From positions 11,225 through 75,224 of the forward strand of contig JABDED010000003.1 of NCBI GenBank assembly GCA_013287275.1: a stretch of 64,000 nt of DNA. The letters are read 5' to 3'. The stretch is from Betaproteobacteria bacterium (GTDB lineage Bacteria; Pseudomonadota; Gammaproteobacteria; Burkholderiales; Burkholderiaceae_D). The number at the start of each line of letters is the position of its first letter. Positions within the stretch are counted from its first letter, which is position 1. The notes beneath the pieces were generated by a model. That model ran no database searches. It worked only from the letters and a program-made list of their open reading frames with translations, and had not been told where the DNA came from. Both the position numbers and the translations under genes were made by a program. This document shows, piece by piece, positions 1-10,629 of this stretch.

Positions 1-252
1 TGTGGCGCGGCGCGCGGTGGATTCTGCAGCAACCGCTTTTGCCCCGTTTTCACAAAATTCAAAGGTAGAAGTATGGTCCTGGTCCGGCCAGGCGCAACCC
101 GGACAATCAAAACCGTCAGGCTGGTTGGCCGACAGCAGGGTACGAGCGCCTTTGGCCGGGATGCCCTGCTCAAAGATCTGCTGCGCAACGCTTCTCAACG
201 CACCCCAGCCGCCTGCCGGCCTATCGTATACCTGGACAATTTTTTTACTCAT
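1..252 (-). CDS. FdhF/YdeP family molybdopterin oxidoreductase, N-terminal part (runs off window)
   Basis: Manual translation from ATG at 252: MSKKIVQVYDRPAGGWGALRSV...NQPDGFDCPGCAWPD...FEFCENGAKAVA, the typical YdeP/FdhF-family N-terminus. Not in the ORF track because the stop lies outside the window. Confidence 0.9.
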   Translation of the reverse strand, partial: MSKKIVQVYDRPAGGWGALRSVAQQIFEQGIPAKGARTLLSANQPDGFDCPGCAWPDQDHTSTFEFCENGAKAVAAESTARRAT

Positions 253-510
253 GCTGATCTCGGTGATTGGGTATCTGGGCCTGCCGGCCTGCATTTATTT
301 GAAGGATGTAGCCGGCCATACATACAAGTTGACTCCCCCTAGGCTACCACGCATGGCATTGCAGATTCAATAAGCTGAATTAAGCATATTTGCTGGCCGC
401 AAAAAAACGCTGCCGGCGTCAACAGGCCAACATCGCACAGCGTTTCCAGTCCAGCCGGAATATATCAATCCGGTTTGACCTATCTGCTCCAAGGTGCGCA
501 GGCTTTATGT

Positions 511-539
511 AAAAAAAGACCGCGCAAGCGCGGTCTCTT
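511..539 (-). terminator. Rho-independent terminator after MFS gene
   Basis: aaaaaaagaccgcgcaagcgcggtctctt: GC hairpin with a U-run on the minus strand. Confidence 0.7.
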
Positions 540-585
540 GATTTGCCTTGATGACGCCAGGCTTATTTTCATGCAATGCAAATTA

Positions 586-2244
586 TCATTTGAACAGCAC
601 TATCGCTTTTTGCAGCGTGATCCAGATACCGATGAACATAGGAATGCCGACGGCGACCCAGGCAAACAAAACCAGCGCAGGATTGGTCGCTGTTCCAGCC
701 ACAACCGCACCGGTAGCGCCGGTATTGGCGGCCACCGTGCGGTCATGCGCCAGTTTGCGTTCCGCAGCCAGTTCTTCGTCGGTCATGAACTCGCTATCCT
801 TGACCGGGCGCACCAGCAGATTGCAGATGAAACCGAGGACCAGCAAGCCAGCCAGGATATACATCGTGATGTCGTATGCCTGTGCCTTGGCCACGCCGTG
901 GGCCAGTTGATATTCGCGGATGTAAGTGATCAATACCGGTCCCAATACGCCGGCGGTTGCCCATGCCGTCAACAAACGGCCGTGGATCGCGCCGACCATC
1001 TGCGACCCGAACATATCGGCCAGATAGGCCGGCACGGTCGCAAAACCGCCGCCATACATGGACAGGATGATGCAGAAGAACAGCACGAACAGGCCCTGGC
1101 TGCCGGCGTGTGCGGTGGACGGGATAGAAGCATACAGCACGAAGCCCAGCACGAAGAAGACGAAATAGGTCGCTTTGCGGCCGATATAGTCGGAACAGGA
1201 AGCCCAGAAGAAACGGCCGCCGATATTGAACAGCGACAGCAGCCCGGTGAAGCCGGCGGCTATCGTGGCGATCTGCGCTTTTTGCGCAGTAGTCAGGTCG
1301 TTGAATGCGACGTTATCCAGGCCGATCAGCTTGCCGGCGAATACTTCCTGCAGCAGCGGCGATGCCATGCCCAGGATGCCGATACCTGCGGAGACGTTCA
1401 GAACCAGAACGGCCCAGATCAGCCAGAATTGCGGCGTAGTCCAGGCTTTGCTCAGGTGCACGTGCCTGCTGGTGATCATCGCATTATTAGCCTGCGCAAC
1501 CGGTGGCGTCCAGCCGGCCGGTTTCCAGCCGGAAGCGGGAACGCGATAGCCAAAGGCGCCGGCCAGCATGAACACGAAATAGATCGCAGCCATCGCCAGG
1601 AAAGTTTCCCATACGCCGACCGAGGTCGGAGTGGCGAAATGGCGCATCAGCCAGTCAGCCAGCGGCGCGCCTATCATTGCACCGCCGCCGAAACCCATGA
1701 TCGCCATGCCGGTTGCCATGCCGCGCTTGTCCGGGAACCATTTGATCAAGGTCGACACCGGTGAGATATATCCCAGCCCCAGCCCGATACCGCCAATCAC
1801 GCCGGCGCCCAGATACATGATCCACACCTGGTGCACATACACGCCGAGTGCAGAGATAACCAGGCCGCCGCACCAGCACACTGCGGAGACAACGCCAGCC
1901 TTGCGCGGACCCGCGCGTTCCAGCCAGCCACCGAACAACGCGGCAGAACAGCCCAGGAAAATGAAGAACAGCGTATACATCAGGCCCAGCGTGGAAATTT
2001 TCCAGTCGCAGTTGCTGGCGAATAGCTCAGCAAAAAAACTGATGTCTTGCGCGCATGCCACCGGCTTGTCCAGGCCTATGGCCTTGGATAAGGGCAACCA
2101 GAACACCGAGAAACCGTAGGCCATTCCGATACATAAATGGATCGCCAGGGCAGCAGGCGGCACCAGCCATCGGTTGAAACCTTCGCCTGCGATCGTTCGC
2201 TCTTTGGAAAGCAAAGAAAATTGTGATTGTGACATTAAATTCAC
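586..2244 (-). CDS. OFA (oxalate/formate antiporter) family MFS transporter
   Basis: NRWLVPPAALAIHLCIGMAYGFSVF, KWFPDKRGMATGMAIMGFGGGA, YGGGFATVPAYLADMFG; many TM helices. Confidence 0.88.
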   Translation of the reverse strand: MNLMSQSQFSLLSKERTIAGEGFNRWLVPPAALAIHLCIGMAYGFSVFWLPLSKAIGLDKPVACAQDISFFAELFASNCDWKISTLGLMYTLFFIFLGCSAALFGGWLERAGPRKAGVVSAVCWCGGLVISALGVYVHQVWIMYLGAGVIGGIGLGLGYISPVSTLIKWFPDKRGMATGMAIMGFGGGAMIGAPLADWLMRHFATPTSVGVWETFLAMAAIYFVFMLAGAFGYRVPASGWKPAGWTPPVAQANNAMITSRHVHLSKAWTTPQFWLIWAVLVLNVSAGIGILGMASPLLQEVFAGKLIGLDNVAFNDLTTAQKAQIATIAAGFTGLLSLFNIGGRFFWASCSDYIGRKATYFVFFVLGFVLYASIPSTAHAGSQGLFVLFFCIILSMYGGGFATVPAYLADMFGSQMVGAIHGRLLTAWATAGVLGPVLITYIREYQLAHGVAKAQAYDITMYILAGLLVLGFICNLLVRPVKDSEFMTDEELAAERKLAHDRTVAANTGATGAVVAGTATNPALVLFAWVAVGIPMFIGIWITLQKAIVLFK

Positions 2245-2506
2245 CCTGTATAAATTTATATTGGCTACCGGATTGCTGCCTTATGGGTTGCGTACTTATT
2301 CCATATGATCAAATAATGCCTGCCTCGCTGCTCCTGCCCATGCAAAACAAATTGCTGGGGCAATGAATTCGGAATTATTCCATTGCATTGTGTTTCAGAA
2401 CATGCTTTCTGACAACTAATTTCTTTGCATAAAGCAACACTGAATTTAATTGACAGAATTGAAATAAAAATTTAGATTTTCGCGAGCTGCCGCCGGCAAA
2501 TAACAA

Positions 2507-2537
2507 AGGCCTTGCCCGCATGATGCGGGCAAGGCCT
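2507..2537 (-). terminator. Hairpin terminator after XRE regulator
   Basis: aggccttgcccgca-tga-tgcgggcaaggcct, 14-bp stem, T-rich tail on the minus strand. Confidence 0.65.
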
Positions 2538-2560
2538 CAAGAAATAAAAACCGCTGGAAT

Positions 2561-3133
2561 TTAGCGGTGTATGACTACCATCAGCGCGCGGGCCTCGGTT
2601 TTTCCGGTATTGCGGATGGCGTGGTTCTTGTCGGCCTCGTACCGCGCAGTGCCGCCAACTTTCAGCTTTTTCTTCACGCCGTCCACTTCCACCTCCATAG
2701 AGCCGTGCAGCAGGGTCAGGTGTTCGGTGGCGCCCGGATCATGCGGACTGGATACCAGTTCGCCGGCCGGCGCCAAGGTCAGCTCGTACCACTCGTATTT
2801 GCCTGCCAGTTCCATCGGACCCAGGATGCGCAGCACATAGCCGGCGTGTCCGCCGGGCAAGGTCGGCGTCTCATGCGGCTCCAGCATGCGTATCGTGTCC
2901 AGCTTGCGGACCTCGGACGACAGCAGCTCGGCGATGTTGACTCCCAGCGCATTGGCCAGGCGCCAGGTCACCGCGATGGTCGGATTGGCCTTTTCCCTTT
3001 CTATCTGGGACAGCATGGATTTGGAGACACCCGCCGTGCGTGACAGGTCTTCCAGCGTCAGGCCGCGCTCCAGACGCATTCTTTGCAAGGTTGCACCGAC
3101 TTCCGGCGGGGTATTGGCAACCGGTTTTTTCAT
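2561..3133 (-). CDS. XRE-family HTH transcriptional regulator with C-terminal cupin
   Basis: MKKPVANT...LTLEDLSRTAGVSKSMLSQIEREKANPT HTH followed by a cupin (PHDPGATEHL...HAIRN). Start placed at 3133; the 571-aa track ORF extends antisense through kbl. Confidence 0.88.
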   Translation of the reverse strand: MKKPVANTPPEVGATLQRMRLERGLTLEDLSRTAGVSKSMLSQIEREKANPTIAVTWRLANALGVNIAELLSSEVRKLDTIRMLEPHETPTLPGGHAGYVLRILGPMELAGKYEWYELTLAPAGELVSSPHDPGATEHLTLLHGSMEVEVDGVKKKLKVGGTARYEADKNHAIRNTGKTEARALMVVIHR

Positions 3134-3167
3134 AAATTTCCTTGCATAGTTTAATAAGCATAGATAA

Positions 3168-3205
3168 AATTCGATATATTGAACTTTAGTTCTCAATATC
3201 GAATT
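3168..3205. promoter_or_regulatory. Candidate operator pair in the XRE/kbl divergent promoter
   Basis: aattcgatatattgaact and agttctcaatatcgaatt, two related 18-bp imperfect palindromes whose outer 10 bp are perfect inverted repeats. Confidence 0.5.
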
Positions 3206-3292
3206 ATTCAATGATTTGTAAAAAAATCCATAATACCAGAGTGTTGTAGCATAGCGACACCGGTTTATGCAAATCACCCAAAGGGGATAGTA

Positions 3293-4498
3293 ATGAGCAC
3301 AAGCAATTCCAAGCAGGCATTTTTCACCGGCCTGGCCGGCAATCTGGATACGCTGCGCCAGCAGGGACTGTACAAGCCGGAGCGCGTCATCGCCTCCCGC
3401 CAGGGTGCGGAAGTCACCTGCGACGACGGCCGCAAACTGATCAATATGTGCGCCAACAACTACCTCGGCCTGTCCGGCGATGAATCCATGGTACAGGCGT
3501 CGATCAAGGCAACCGAGCAATTTGGTTACGGCCTGTCCTCGGTGCGTTTCATCTGCGGCACGCAGACTGTCCACAAGCAGCTGGAAACCGCAATTTCCGA
3601 ATTCCTGGGTATGGAAGACACCATCCTGTATGCAGCGGCATTCGATGCCAACGGCGGCGTATTCGAACCGCTGTTTGACGAGCAGGATGCCATCATTTCC
3701 GATGCGCTGAACCATGCATCGATCATCGACGGCATCCGCCTGTGCAAGGCCGCGCGTTATCGCTATGCGCATAACGATATGGCGGACCTGGAAGTGCAGT
3801 TGCAGGCTGCGGCAGGCAAGCGCCACAAAGTCATCGTCACCGACGGCGTATTCTCGATGGACGGCACGATTGCCCAACTGGACAAGATCTGCGACCTGGC
3901 CGACAAATACGGTGCGCTGGTCATGATCGACGAATGCCACGCCTCCGGCTTCATGGGAGCTACCGGCCGCGGCACGCACGAACACCACAATGTGATGGGC
4001 CGCATCGACATCATCACCGGTACGCTGGGCAAGGCATTGGGCGGCGCGATGGGCGGTTTCACCGCGGCGCGCAAGGAAGTAATAGACACGCTGCGCCAGA
4101 AATCCCGTCCTTACCTGTTCTCCAACACGCTGGCGCCTTCCATCGCCGGCGCCTCTTTGTCGGTATTGCAGCGCCTGTCTTCTTCGACAGAGCTGCGTGA
4201 CCGCCTGCACGCAAACACCGCCTTGTTCCGGCGCGAGATCGAGGCACTGGGCTTCACGATCAAACCGGGCACCCATCCGGTGGTACCTGTGATGCTGTTC
4301 GACGCACCGGTGGCACAGAAATTTGCAGCTCGCCTGTATGAACTCGGCGTACTGGTCACCGGCTTCTTCTACCCGGTAGTGCCTATGGGCCAGGCCCGCG
4401 TCAGGGTGCAGTTATCGGCAGCACACAGCACAGAACAATTAAACACCGCACTGGCCGCTTTTGCGCAGGCCGGCCGCGAACTCGGTTTGTTGAAATAA
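3293..4498 (+). CDS. kbl: Glycine C-acetyltransferase (2-amino-3-ketobutyrate CoA ligase)
   Basis: [34 protein letters not shown] (PLP Lys), RPYLFSN. Confidence 0.95.
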   Translation: MSTSNSKQAFFTGLAGNLDTLRQQGLYKPERVIASRQGAEVTCDDGRKLINMCANNYLGLSGDESMVQASIKATEQFGYGLSSVRFICGTQTVHKQLETAISEFLGMEDTILYAAAFDANGGVFEPLFDEQDAIISDALNHASIIDGIRLCKAARYRYAHNDMADLEVQLQAAAGKRHKVIVTDGVFSMDGTIAQLDKICDLADKYGALVMIDECHASGFMGATGRGTHEHHNVMGRIDIITGTLGKALGGAMGGFTAARKEVIDTLRQKSRPYLFSNTLAPSIAGASLSVLQRLSSSTELRDRLHANTALFRREIEALGFTIKPGTHPVVPVMLFDAPVAQKFAARLYELGVLVTGFFYPVVPMGQARVRVQLSAAHSTEQLNTALAAFAQAGRELGLLK

Positions 4499-4508
4499 GG
4501 AAATCAGC

Positions 4509-5480
4509 ATGGAACGTATTCTAGTCATTGGCGCCAACGGCCAAATCGGTAGCGAACTGGTGGATGCACTGGCCGCACAACATGGTGCCGACAATGTAGT
4601 TGCCGCCGACATCAGCCCGCGCAGCCTGTACGGCGCAAAAATCTACGAAGTGGTCGACGTGCTGGACAACAGCCGGCTGGCGCAGATTGCCGAGCAATAC
4701 CAGATCACCCAGGTTTACCAGTTGGCGGCCATGCTGTCGGCCACCGGCGAACAAGCCCCGCTGAAAGCCTGGACCCTGAACATGGACGGCTTGCTGAACA
4801 TCCTGGAACTCGCGCGGATACGCGGCCTGGAAGGCAAGCCGCTGAAAGTGTTCTGGCCATCCTCGATCGCCGCTTTCGGCCCGAATACGCCGGCGGTGGA
4901 AACGCCTCAACTGACGGTAATGGATCCCAGCACGATCTACGGCATCAGCAAACTGGCCGGCGAGCGCCTGTGCGAATACTATTTCATCAAATACGGCGTG
5001 GACGTGCGCAGCATCCGCTACCCCGGCATCATCAGCTACAAATCGCCTCCGGGCGGCGGCACCACCGACTATGCGATCGCGATTTTTCATGCTGCATTGC
5101 GGGGTGAAACCTATCCCTGTTTCCTCAGTGCCGAGACTACGCTGCCGATGATCTACATGCCAGATGCCATCCGGGCAACGGTTTCGCTGATGGCCGCGCC
5201 TGCCGCCAAATTAACGGTGCGTTCTGCGTACAATGTCGCCGGTTTGAGCTTTAATCCACGGGAATTGGCGCTTGCAATCAAACAAAATTTGCCTGCATTT
5301 GACATACACTACACGCCGGACAGCCGCCAGGGCATCGCCGATACCTGGCCCGACAGCCTGGATGACAGCGTCGCCCGCTCCGAATGGGGCTGGCAGGCTG
5401 AAATAGGCCTGGCACAAATGGTCACCGACATGCTCGCCAATATCAAGGTAGAGCAAGGAGCGTTGAACCAGGCGGCTTGA
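4509..5480 (+). CDS. L-threonine 3-dehydrogenase, SDR/epimerase type
   Basis: GANGQIG, LSATGE, YGISK, PGGGTTDYA; in an operon with kbl. Confidence 0.85.
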   Translation: MERILVIGANGQIGSELVDALAAQHGADNVVAADISPRSLYGAKIYEVVDVLDNSRLAQIAEQYQITQVYQLAAMLSATGEQAPLKAWTLNMDGLLNILELARIRGLEGKPLKVFWPSSIAAFGPNTPAVETPQLTVMDPSTIYGISKLAGERLCEYYFIKYGVDVRSIRYPGIISYKSPPGGGTTDYAIAIFHAALRGETYPCFLSAETTLPMIYMPDAIRATVSLMAAPAAKLTVRSAYNVAGLSFNPRELALAIKQNLPAFDIHYTPDSRQGIADTWPDSLDDSVARSEWGWQAEIGLAQMVTDMLANIKVEQGALNQAA

Positions 5481-5521
5481 TAATTATAGAAGCACCAGAG
5501 ACGAAAAGAGACGGAAACTGT

Positions 5522-6904
5522 ATGGACATGCGTGTATTTGATTTGTTTAAAATTGGCGTAGGTCCGTCCAGTTCCCATACGGTAGGACCCATGCTGGCTG
5601 CGCGCCGCTTCCTGCTGGAATGTCCCGAATTGTACAAGGCCGCCAAGGTCCAGGTGGCCTTGTACGGTTCGCTCGCGCTCACCGGCCACGGTCACGCCAC
5701 CGACAAAGCGATTCTGCTGGGCCTGATGGGGGAAACCCCGCAAGACCTGATACCCGACAGCGTGGACGGCAAACTAGCCGCGCTGGCCGGCAGCGGCACC
5801 CTGCATCTGCTGGGTGAATACGGCATCAAGTTCAATATCGCCGAGGACCTGCTGTGGCATAAGCAGGAAGTGCTGCCCGGCCACCCTAACGGCATGCGTT
5901 TCACGCTGACCCGCAACGACGGTACCATCTGCGAGCGCGTGTTCTACTCTACCGGCGGCGGCTTCATCTATGCCGAGGAAGAGCTGCAAAATTCCAAATC
6001 CTCCACTGAAGCGCCCAAGGTCCAGATACCCTATCCGTTCGCCAAAATGGAAGACTTGCTGGCGCACGGCCAGCGCACCGGCCTCAGCATTGCACAAATG
6101 CTGCGCGCCAATGAAAACATGCACGCCGATGATGCTGAACTGGACGCCGGCCTGGACCGCATCTGGGCGGTCATGAAGGGATGCATCGCGCGCGGCCTGC
6201 AAATAACGGGCGAACTGCCGGGCGGCCTGCACGTCAAGCGGCGCGCCGCCAAACTGTGGCAAACCGCAAACGAAAACAAGGACGAGCTGCCGCACGACGG
6301 CATGCACAGGGTCAGCCTGTACGCAATGGCCGTCAATGAAGAAAACGCCGCCGGCGGCCGCGTCGTCACTGCCCCTACCAATGGCGCAGCAGGCATCATC
6401 CCCGCCGTGCTGCGCTACTACGCCGAAGACTGCAAGCCCAGCAATCCGGAACAAGGTATACGCGATTTCCTGCTGGTGGCTTCCGCGATAGGCATGCTAT
6501 GCAAGCGCAATGCGTCGATATCGGGCGCCGAGATCGGCTGCCAGGGAGAAGTCGGCGTCGCCTGTGCGATGGCTGCGGCCGGCCTCACAGCAGCGCTGGG
6601 CGGCAGCAATGAGCAAATCGAATCGGCGGCGGAGATAGGCATAGAGCACCATCTGGGCATGACTTGCGACCCGATAGGCGGCCTGGTGCAAATCCCCTGC
6701 ATAGAGCGCAACGGCATGGGTGCGGTCAAGGCAATTACCGCAGCCTCGCTGGCGCTGCGCAGCGACGGCACCCATCATGTCAGCCTGGACCAGGTGATAG
6801 AAACCATGCGCCAGACCGGCGCCGACATGATGGATAAATACAAGGAAACCTCGCTCGGCGGCCTGGCTGTGCACGTGGTGACAGTCAATTACCCGGCCTG
6901 CTGA
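5522..6904 (+). CDS. sdaA: L-serine ammonia-lyase (Fe-S type, single chain)
   Basis: KIGVGPSSSHTVGPM, VTAPTNGAAG, GCQGEVG, CDPIGGLVQIPCIERN. Confidence 0.93.
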   Translation: MDMRVFDLFKIGVGPSSSHTVGPMLAARRFLLECPELYKAAKVQVALYGSLALTGHGHATDKAILLGLMGETPQDLIPDSVDGKLAALAGSGTLHLLGEYGIKFNIAEDLLWHKQEVLPGHPNGMRFTLTRNDGTICERVFYSTGGGFIYAEEELQNSKSSTEAPKVQIPYPFAKMEDLLAHGQRTGLSIAQMLRANENMHADDAELDAGLDRIWAVMKGCIARGLQITGELPGGLHVKRRAAKLWQTANENKDELPHDGMHRVSLYAMAVNEENAAGGRVVTAPTNGAAGIIPAVLRYYAEDCKPSNPEQGIRDFLLVASAIGMLCKRNASISGAEIGCQGEVGVACAMAAAGLTAALGGSNEQIESAAEIGIEHHLGMTCDPIGGLVQIPCIERNGMGAVKAITAASLALRSDGTHHVSLDQVIETMRQTGADMMDKYKETSLGGLAVHVVTVNYPAC

Positions 6905-7246
6905 GCTTTTTTCCTTGCCCTTCGCCGGGCGCCATATTCGTGGCGCCCGCCTCTCCCCGCCTGCATGCCCCCTATCTAATGCGCGTTAGCGCACAGACCT
7001 CCTTAAACCCCCAAGCGATGATGAATGCGGTTCGCCGAGTATCGTTTCGATTCGCCTGCATCGGCCCGATGTTTCAGCTTGCGCCGCATCCGCACAAAGA
7101 AATTCCTGAAATTTTGCCCAGTTTTTCCTATTATCAAGTAAACAGGCTGTCAACGATGCGGCCCCGGCCTTGATTCCGGCCATGCAAACACCAGCCGGTG
7201 TTTCATGCAGCCGCATATCCTTAAGTTTTGAGAAGGAGCAAGCATC

Positions 7247-7729
7247 ATGTACAAACGTATCCTCTTGCCCACCGATGGCTCAGACTTGTCGAACAGCAGC
7301 GTACAGGCCGGCATCGAGTTCGCCAAGCAACTGAATGCCGACGTAGTCGGGGTTTTTGTCTCGGCCAACTTCCAGTATCCTATCTATGTCGATATCATTC
7401 CGCCCAATACCCCTACCGAGCAGGAATATCAAAGCGCGATGCGGGTGCTGGGCGAAACCTACCTGAATACGATACGGGATGCCGCCGCCAAGCAAGGCGT
7501 GGCATTCCAGCCGGTAATCCAGTTCAATGATTCCCCGGCAAAAGAAATCGTCCATACCGCACATGCATACGGCTGCGACCTGATCTTCATGGGTTCGCAT
7601 GGCCGCAGCGGCCTTGGCCAGTTCTTGCTGGGCAGCGTCACCACCAAAGTGCTGTCGAATTGCCAGATCCCCGTGCTGGTGCATCGCGTGAAACACCAAA
7701 CCGCCCATGCGGCAAAATCCCCGGCATAA
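7247..7729 (+). CDS. Universal stress protein
   Basis: YKRILLPTDGS ... DLIFMGSHGRSG...LGSVT. Confidence 0.92.
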   Translation: MYKRILLPTDGSDLSNSSVQAGIEFAKQLNADVVGVFVSANFQYPIYVDIIPPNTPTEQEYQSAMRVLGETYLNTIRDAAAKQGVAFQPVIQFNDSPAKEIVHTAHAYGCDLIFMGSHGRSGLGQFLLGSVTTKVLSNCQIPVLVHRVKHQTAHAAKSPA

Positions 7730-7809
7730 TTACAAATACACAATTTGCTCCGGGATTTCATGTAAAAACATCCGGATAAGCCGCCCATACCTTCACCCAG
7801 GAGAAGAAG

Positions 7810-8652
7810 ATGTCTTACAAGACAGTACTCGTGCATGTGGATGAATCGAGCCGTTCGGATTTCAGGGTGAAAATTGCAGCGGGAATAGCCAGGGCCGAAG
7901 GAGCGCATTTGATCGGCACTGCCGTTACCGGCGTTTCGCGCTTTATTTACCAGGATGGGAACATCAGCACCAGCGACCCCAATCTTGCCAACCACCTCAA
8001 CTTCCTGCGCGAACGGGCCGAACACTCGGTCGCCGGCTTTGCCCGCCAGGTACAGGACCTGGGCGTGTTATCCCATGAGAGCATGGTTGCGCACGATGAG
8101 GCGGGCGGCGGCATAGGCGTGCTGGCCCGTTACAGCGACCTGGTGGTGGTCGGGCAGGCCAACCGGGATGAACCTTCGCCGTCGGTACTGCCGGATTTCC
8201 CTGAATACATCGTGATGCACTCGGGACGGCCGGTGCTGATTATTCCGTATGCGGGAGACTTCACGTCGATAGGCAAGCGCCCGCTGATTGCATGGGATGC
8301 CAGCCGCGAATCCACGCGCGCGGTCACCGATGCGATTCCGCTGTTAAAACACGCAGAACTGGTACAGGTCGCCATTTTCAATTCCAGCCAGGCCGCCCTG
8401 GATGCGCATGGAGAACAGCCGGGCTCGGATATCGTCCGCTACCTCAGCCGCCATGGCATCAATGCCAAAGTATCGCTGCATAAAACCGGCACCGACGTCG
8501 GCAATGCGCTGCTATCGCTCGCGCATGACCTGGATAGCGACCTGATCGTGATGGGCGGCTACGGCCATTCCCGTTTCCGCGAAATGATCATGGGCGGCGT
8601 TACCAGGACCGTCATGGAGAGCATGACGGTGCCGATTCTGATGTCGCATTGA
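7810..8652 (+). CDS. Tandem-domain universal stress protein
   Basis: YKTVLVHVD, IAWDASRES, DLIVMGGYGHSRFRE..MGGVT. Confidence 0.9.
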   Translation: MSYKTVLVHVDESSRSDFRVKIAAGIARAEGAHLIGTAVTGVSRFIYQDGNISTSDPNLANHLNFLRERAEHSVAGFARQVQDLGVLSHESMVAHDEAGGGIGVLARYSDLVVVGQANRDEPSPSVLPDFPEYIVMHSGRPVLIIPYAGDFTSIGKRPLIAWDASRESTRAVTDAIPLLKHAELVQVAIFNSSQAALDAHGEQPGSDIVRYLSRHGINAKVSLHKTGTDVGNALLSLAHDLDSDLIVMGGYGHSRFREMIMGGVTRTVMESMTVPILMSH

Positions 8653-8737
8653 AGGGATTCAGCCTTTCGCAAACAGCGCCTGCTTTTGATCTATTTCCTG
8701 TGCCGCACAGTCGGCGCAGCTACAGAAATGCAGGATC

Positions 8738-8887
8738 GTAGCCCGGAGGCAGCGCAGCGAAATCCGGGGGTGTTCCCAAGGCCGATGCCGTGCAGGGTTT
8801 GCACCGCATTTGCTTTATCATCGTGAAGCATTGCGGTCGTTTTCCCTAGGCGAGCCCCCGGATTGCGCTGCGCTCCATCCAGGCTAC
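8738..8887. repeat. GTAG-type REP doublet (inverted pair), family 1
   Basis: gtagcccggaggcagcgcagcgaaatccgggg ... ccccggattgcgctgcgctccatccaggctac, between convergent genes. Confidence 0.85.
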
Positions 8888-8941
8888 TTCTGCTGGATGG
8901 CAACGTCCAGGGAGCATACCACCCGCTTCGTAAAATCTACG

Positions 8942-9430
8942 CTACGAGCGCAGCGGTTTTTCGCGGTAAGAAAACCAGAACAATACGCCGGCGACAAAAG
9001 AAAACATCCAATAATCGACAGGCGCAAACAGAAACCAACGCTTATGCCAGCTGATATCTACGGCATTGAAATGCGCCAGCCCGAAAGCCGGGTTCAGCAC
9101 AAACCACAGGAAGTCCTCGATAATCCAGAACAACATGATGCTGGCCAGCGCGCGTGCCTGCAGCTTCCATGACCATTGCTGCATGAAGAAAAACGGGAAA
9201 TGGAAAAACATCGAGATAAACGGGAAGACCCAGGCGTGATAACCGGTCATCGCCCTGCCACCCCAGAAGATGTCCAGCAGCCAGTGTTTTTCTATGCGCC
9301 AGGTAGGCAAGTTGGCCGCCCAGCCGGCCGCGCCCTCTATCTGTATCTCGGTCTGCGCAAAAAACAGGCCCAGCAAAGCTATCCACGCCAGGGTCAAGCC
9401 TATCTGCAAGGGGCGGTTCGATTTATTCAT
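8942..9430 (-). CDS. Hypothetical integral membrane protein
   Basis: About 4 hydrophobic segments, Trp/Phe-rich; 4-bp overlap with the upstream glycosyltransferase. Confidence 0.75.
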   Translation of the reverse strand: MNKSNRPLQIGLTLAWIALLGLFFAQTEIQIEGAAGWAANLPTWRIEKHWLLDIFWGGRAMTGYHAWVFPFISMFFHFPFFFMQQWSWKLQARALASIMLFWIIEDFLWFVLNPAFGLAHFNAVDISWHKRWFLFAPVDYWMFSFVAGVLFWFSYREKPLRS

Positions 9431-10584
9431 GGAGCGGCAGCCTTTTCGGGAGACATGGACGGATCCGACAATCCTGTTAATACGATATCCAGCACGTCCC
9501 TGGCGGCGTGGGGCCGTCCCAGCTGTCTGGCCTGGTCCGCCATGTCATCCAGCTTGGCCGGATGCTGCAACAAGTGGCGTATCCGATATTCCAGCGTGAC
9601 TTCGTCAAAGGCTTTCAGTGCGACGCCTTGCTCCAGCAAGAAATCGGCATTGCGCTCTTCCTGGCCGGGAATAGGCGCATTGACTATCATCGGCAAACCC
9701 ATCGCCAGGCATTCCGACGTGGTCAGGCCGCCGGGCTTGGTGATCACCAGGTCGGCGCAGGCCATCAGCCGCTCCACCTGCCCGGTAAACCCTTGCGGGA
9801 AAAGCCGCCCCGGATGTTCGGCGGCGAGCGTCTTCAGGCTGGACAGCAAGGCCGCATTTTTTCCGGTCAGCACGATCAGCTGGAAGTTTCCCTCCAGCGC
9901 CAGCAGGCGCGCCGCTATCGCGCCCATGCTGCCCACGCCGGCGCCGCCGCCCATCAGCAGGAAAGTACGGCGCTGCGGGTCCAGCCCGAATTCACGCGCG
10001 CAGCTTGTGCGATCCGGCGCCTGTGCAAATGCCGGCATGATGGGTATGCCGGTGACATGGATATTGGCCGCGGCGATGCCCTGCGCCCGCATGCGGAACG
10101 CCACTTCGTCATTGGCGGCAAAATAACCGCTCATGTGCTCGTGCACCCACATGCGGTGCAAGTCAAAGTCCGTCACCTGCACCCATACCGGGCAATGCAG
10201 TTCGTCCTTGCGTATCAACCTCGACAACATCTCCGCCGGCAGGAAATGGGTGCAGATGATGGCGTCGGGACGGAAGGCCTTGATTTCCTTTAACAAGGCC
10301 CTGGCATTCATCCGCTCCAGCTGGCGCCGCAGCCGCTCCATCGTGCTATCGGCTTGCGCCTCATTGCTCACGTTATACAGATAGCCCCACAAGCCGGGCG
10401 CCTTGTTGACCAGCTTGATATAAAAATCGGTGTACAGCTTGCGAAAGGCCGCCGTCACAAAATCCATCGCATCAAGGTGGGTAACTTCCACGTCCACACC
10501 GCCGGCGCTGGCGCGAATGGCCTCGGCAGCCCGCATATGCCCGGCGCCTGCCGATACGCTCAGCAAAAGGATTTTTTTTGTCAT
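9427..10584 (-). CDS. MGDG synthase/UgtP-like GT28 glycosyltransferase
   Basis: SAGAGHMRAA, IICTHF, VTDF..H..W, TGIP, ITKPGGLTTSE, PGQEERNA. Confidence 0.88.
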   Translation of the reverse strand: MTKKILLLSVSAGAGHMRAAEAIRASAGGVDVEVTHLDAMDFVTAAFRKLYTDFYIKLVNKAPGLWGYLYNVSNEAQADSTMERLRRQLERMNARALLKEIKAFRPDAIICTHFLPAEMLSRLIRKDELHCPVWVQVTDFDLHRMWVHEHMSGYFAANDEVAFRMRAQGIAAANIHVTGIPIMPAFAQAPDRTSCAREFGLDPQRRTFLLMGGGAGVGSMGAIAARLLALEGNFQLIVLTGKNAALLSSLKTLAAEHPGRLFPQGFTGQVERLMACADLVITKPGGLTTSECLAMGLPMIVNAPIPGQEERNADFLLEQGVALKAFDEVTLEYRIRHLLQHPAKLDDMADQARQLGRPHAARDVLDIVLTGLSDPSMSPEKAAAP

Positions 10585-10629
10585 GGATACCGTTCAGGAA
10601 TGGGCATGCAGTCGCAAGCTAGTCAATTT

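Noticed and set aside
475-1764. Long antisense ORFs such as 475-1764, 14958-16673, 9176-10126 and 34795-35685
   Set aside because: Shadow frames of well-supported genes in GC-rich DNA, with no motifs
2561-4276. 571-aa fusion ORF
   Set aside because: Most of the extra length is the antisense frame of kbl; only the XRE-cupin part (2561-3133) is credible
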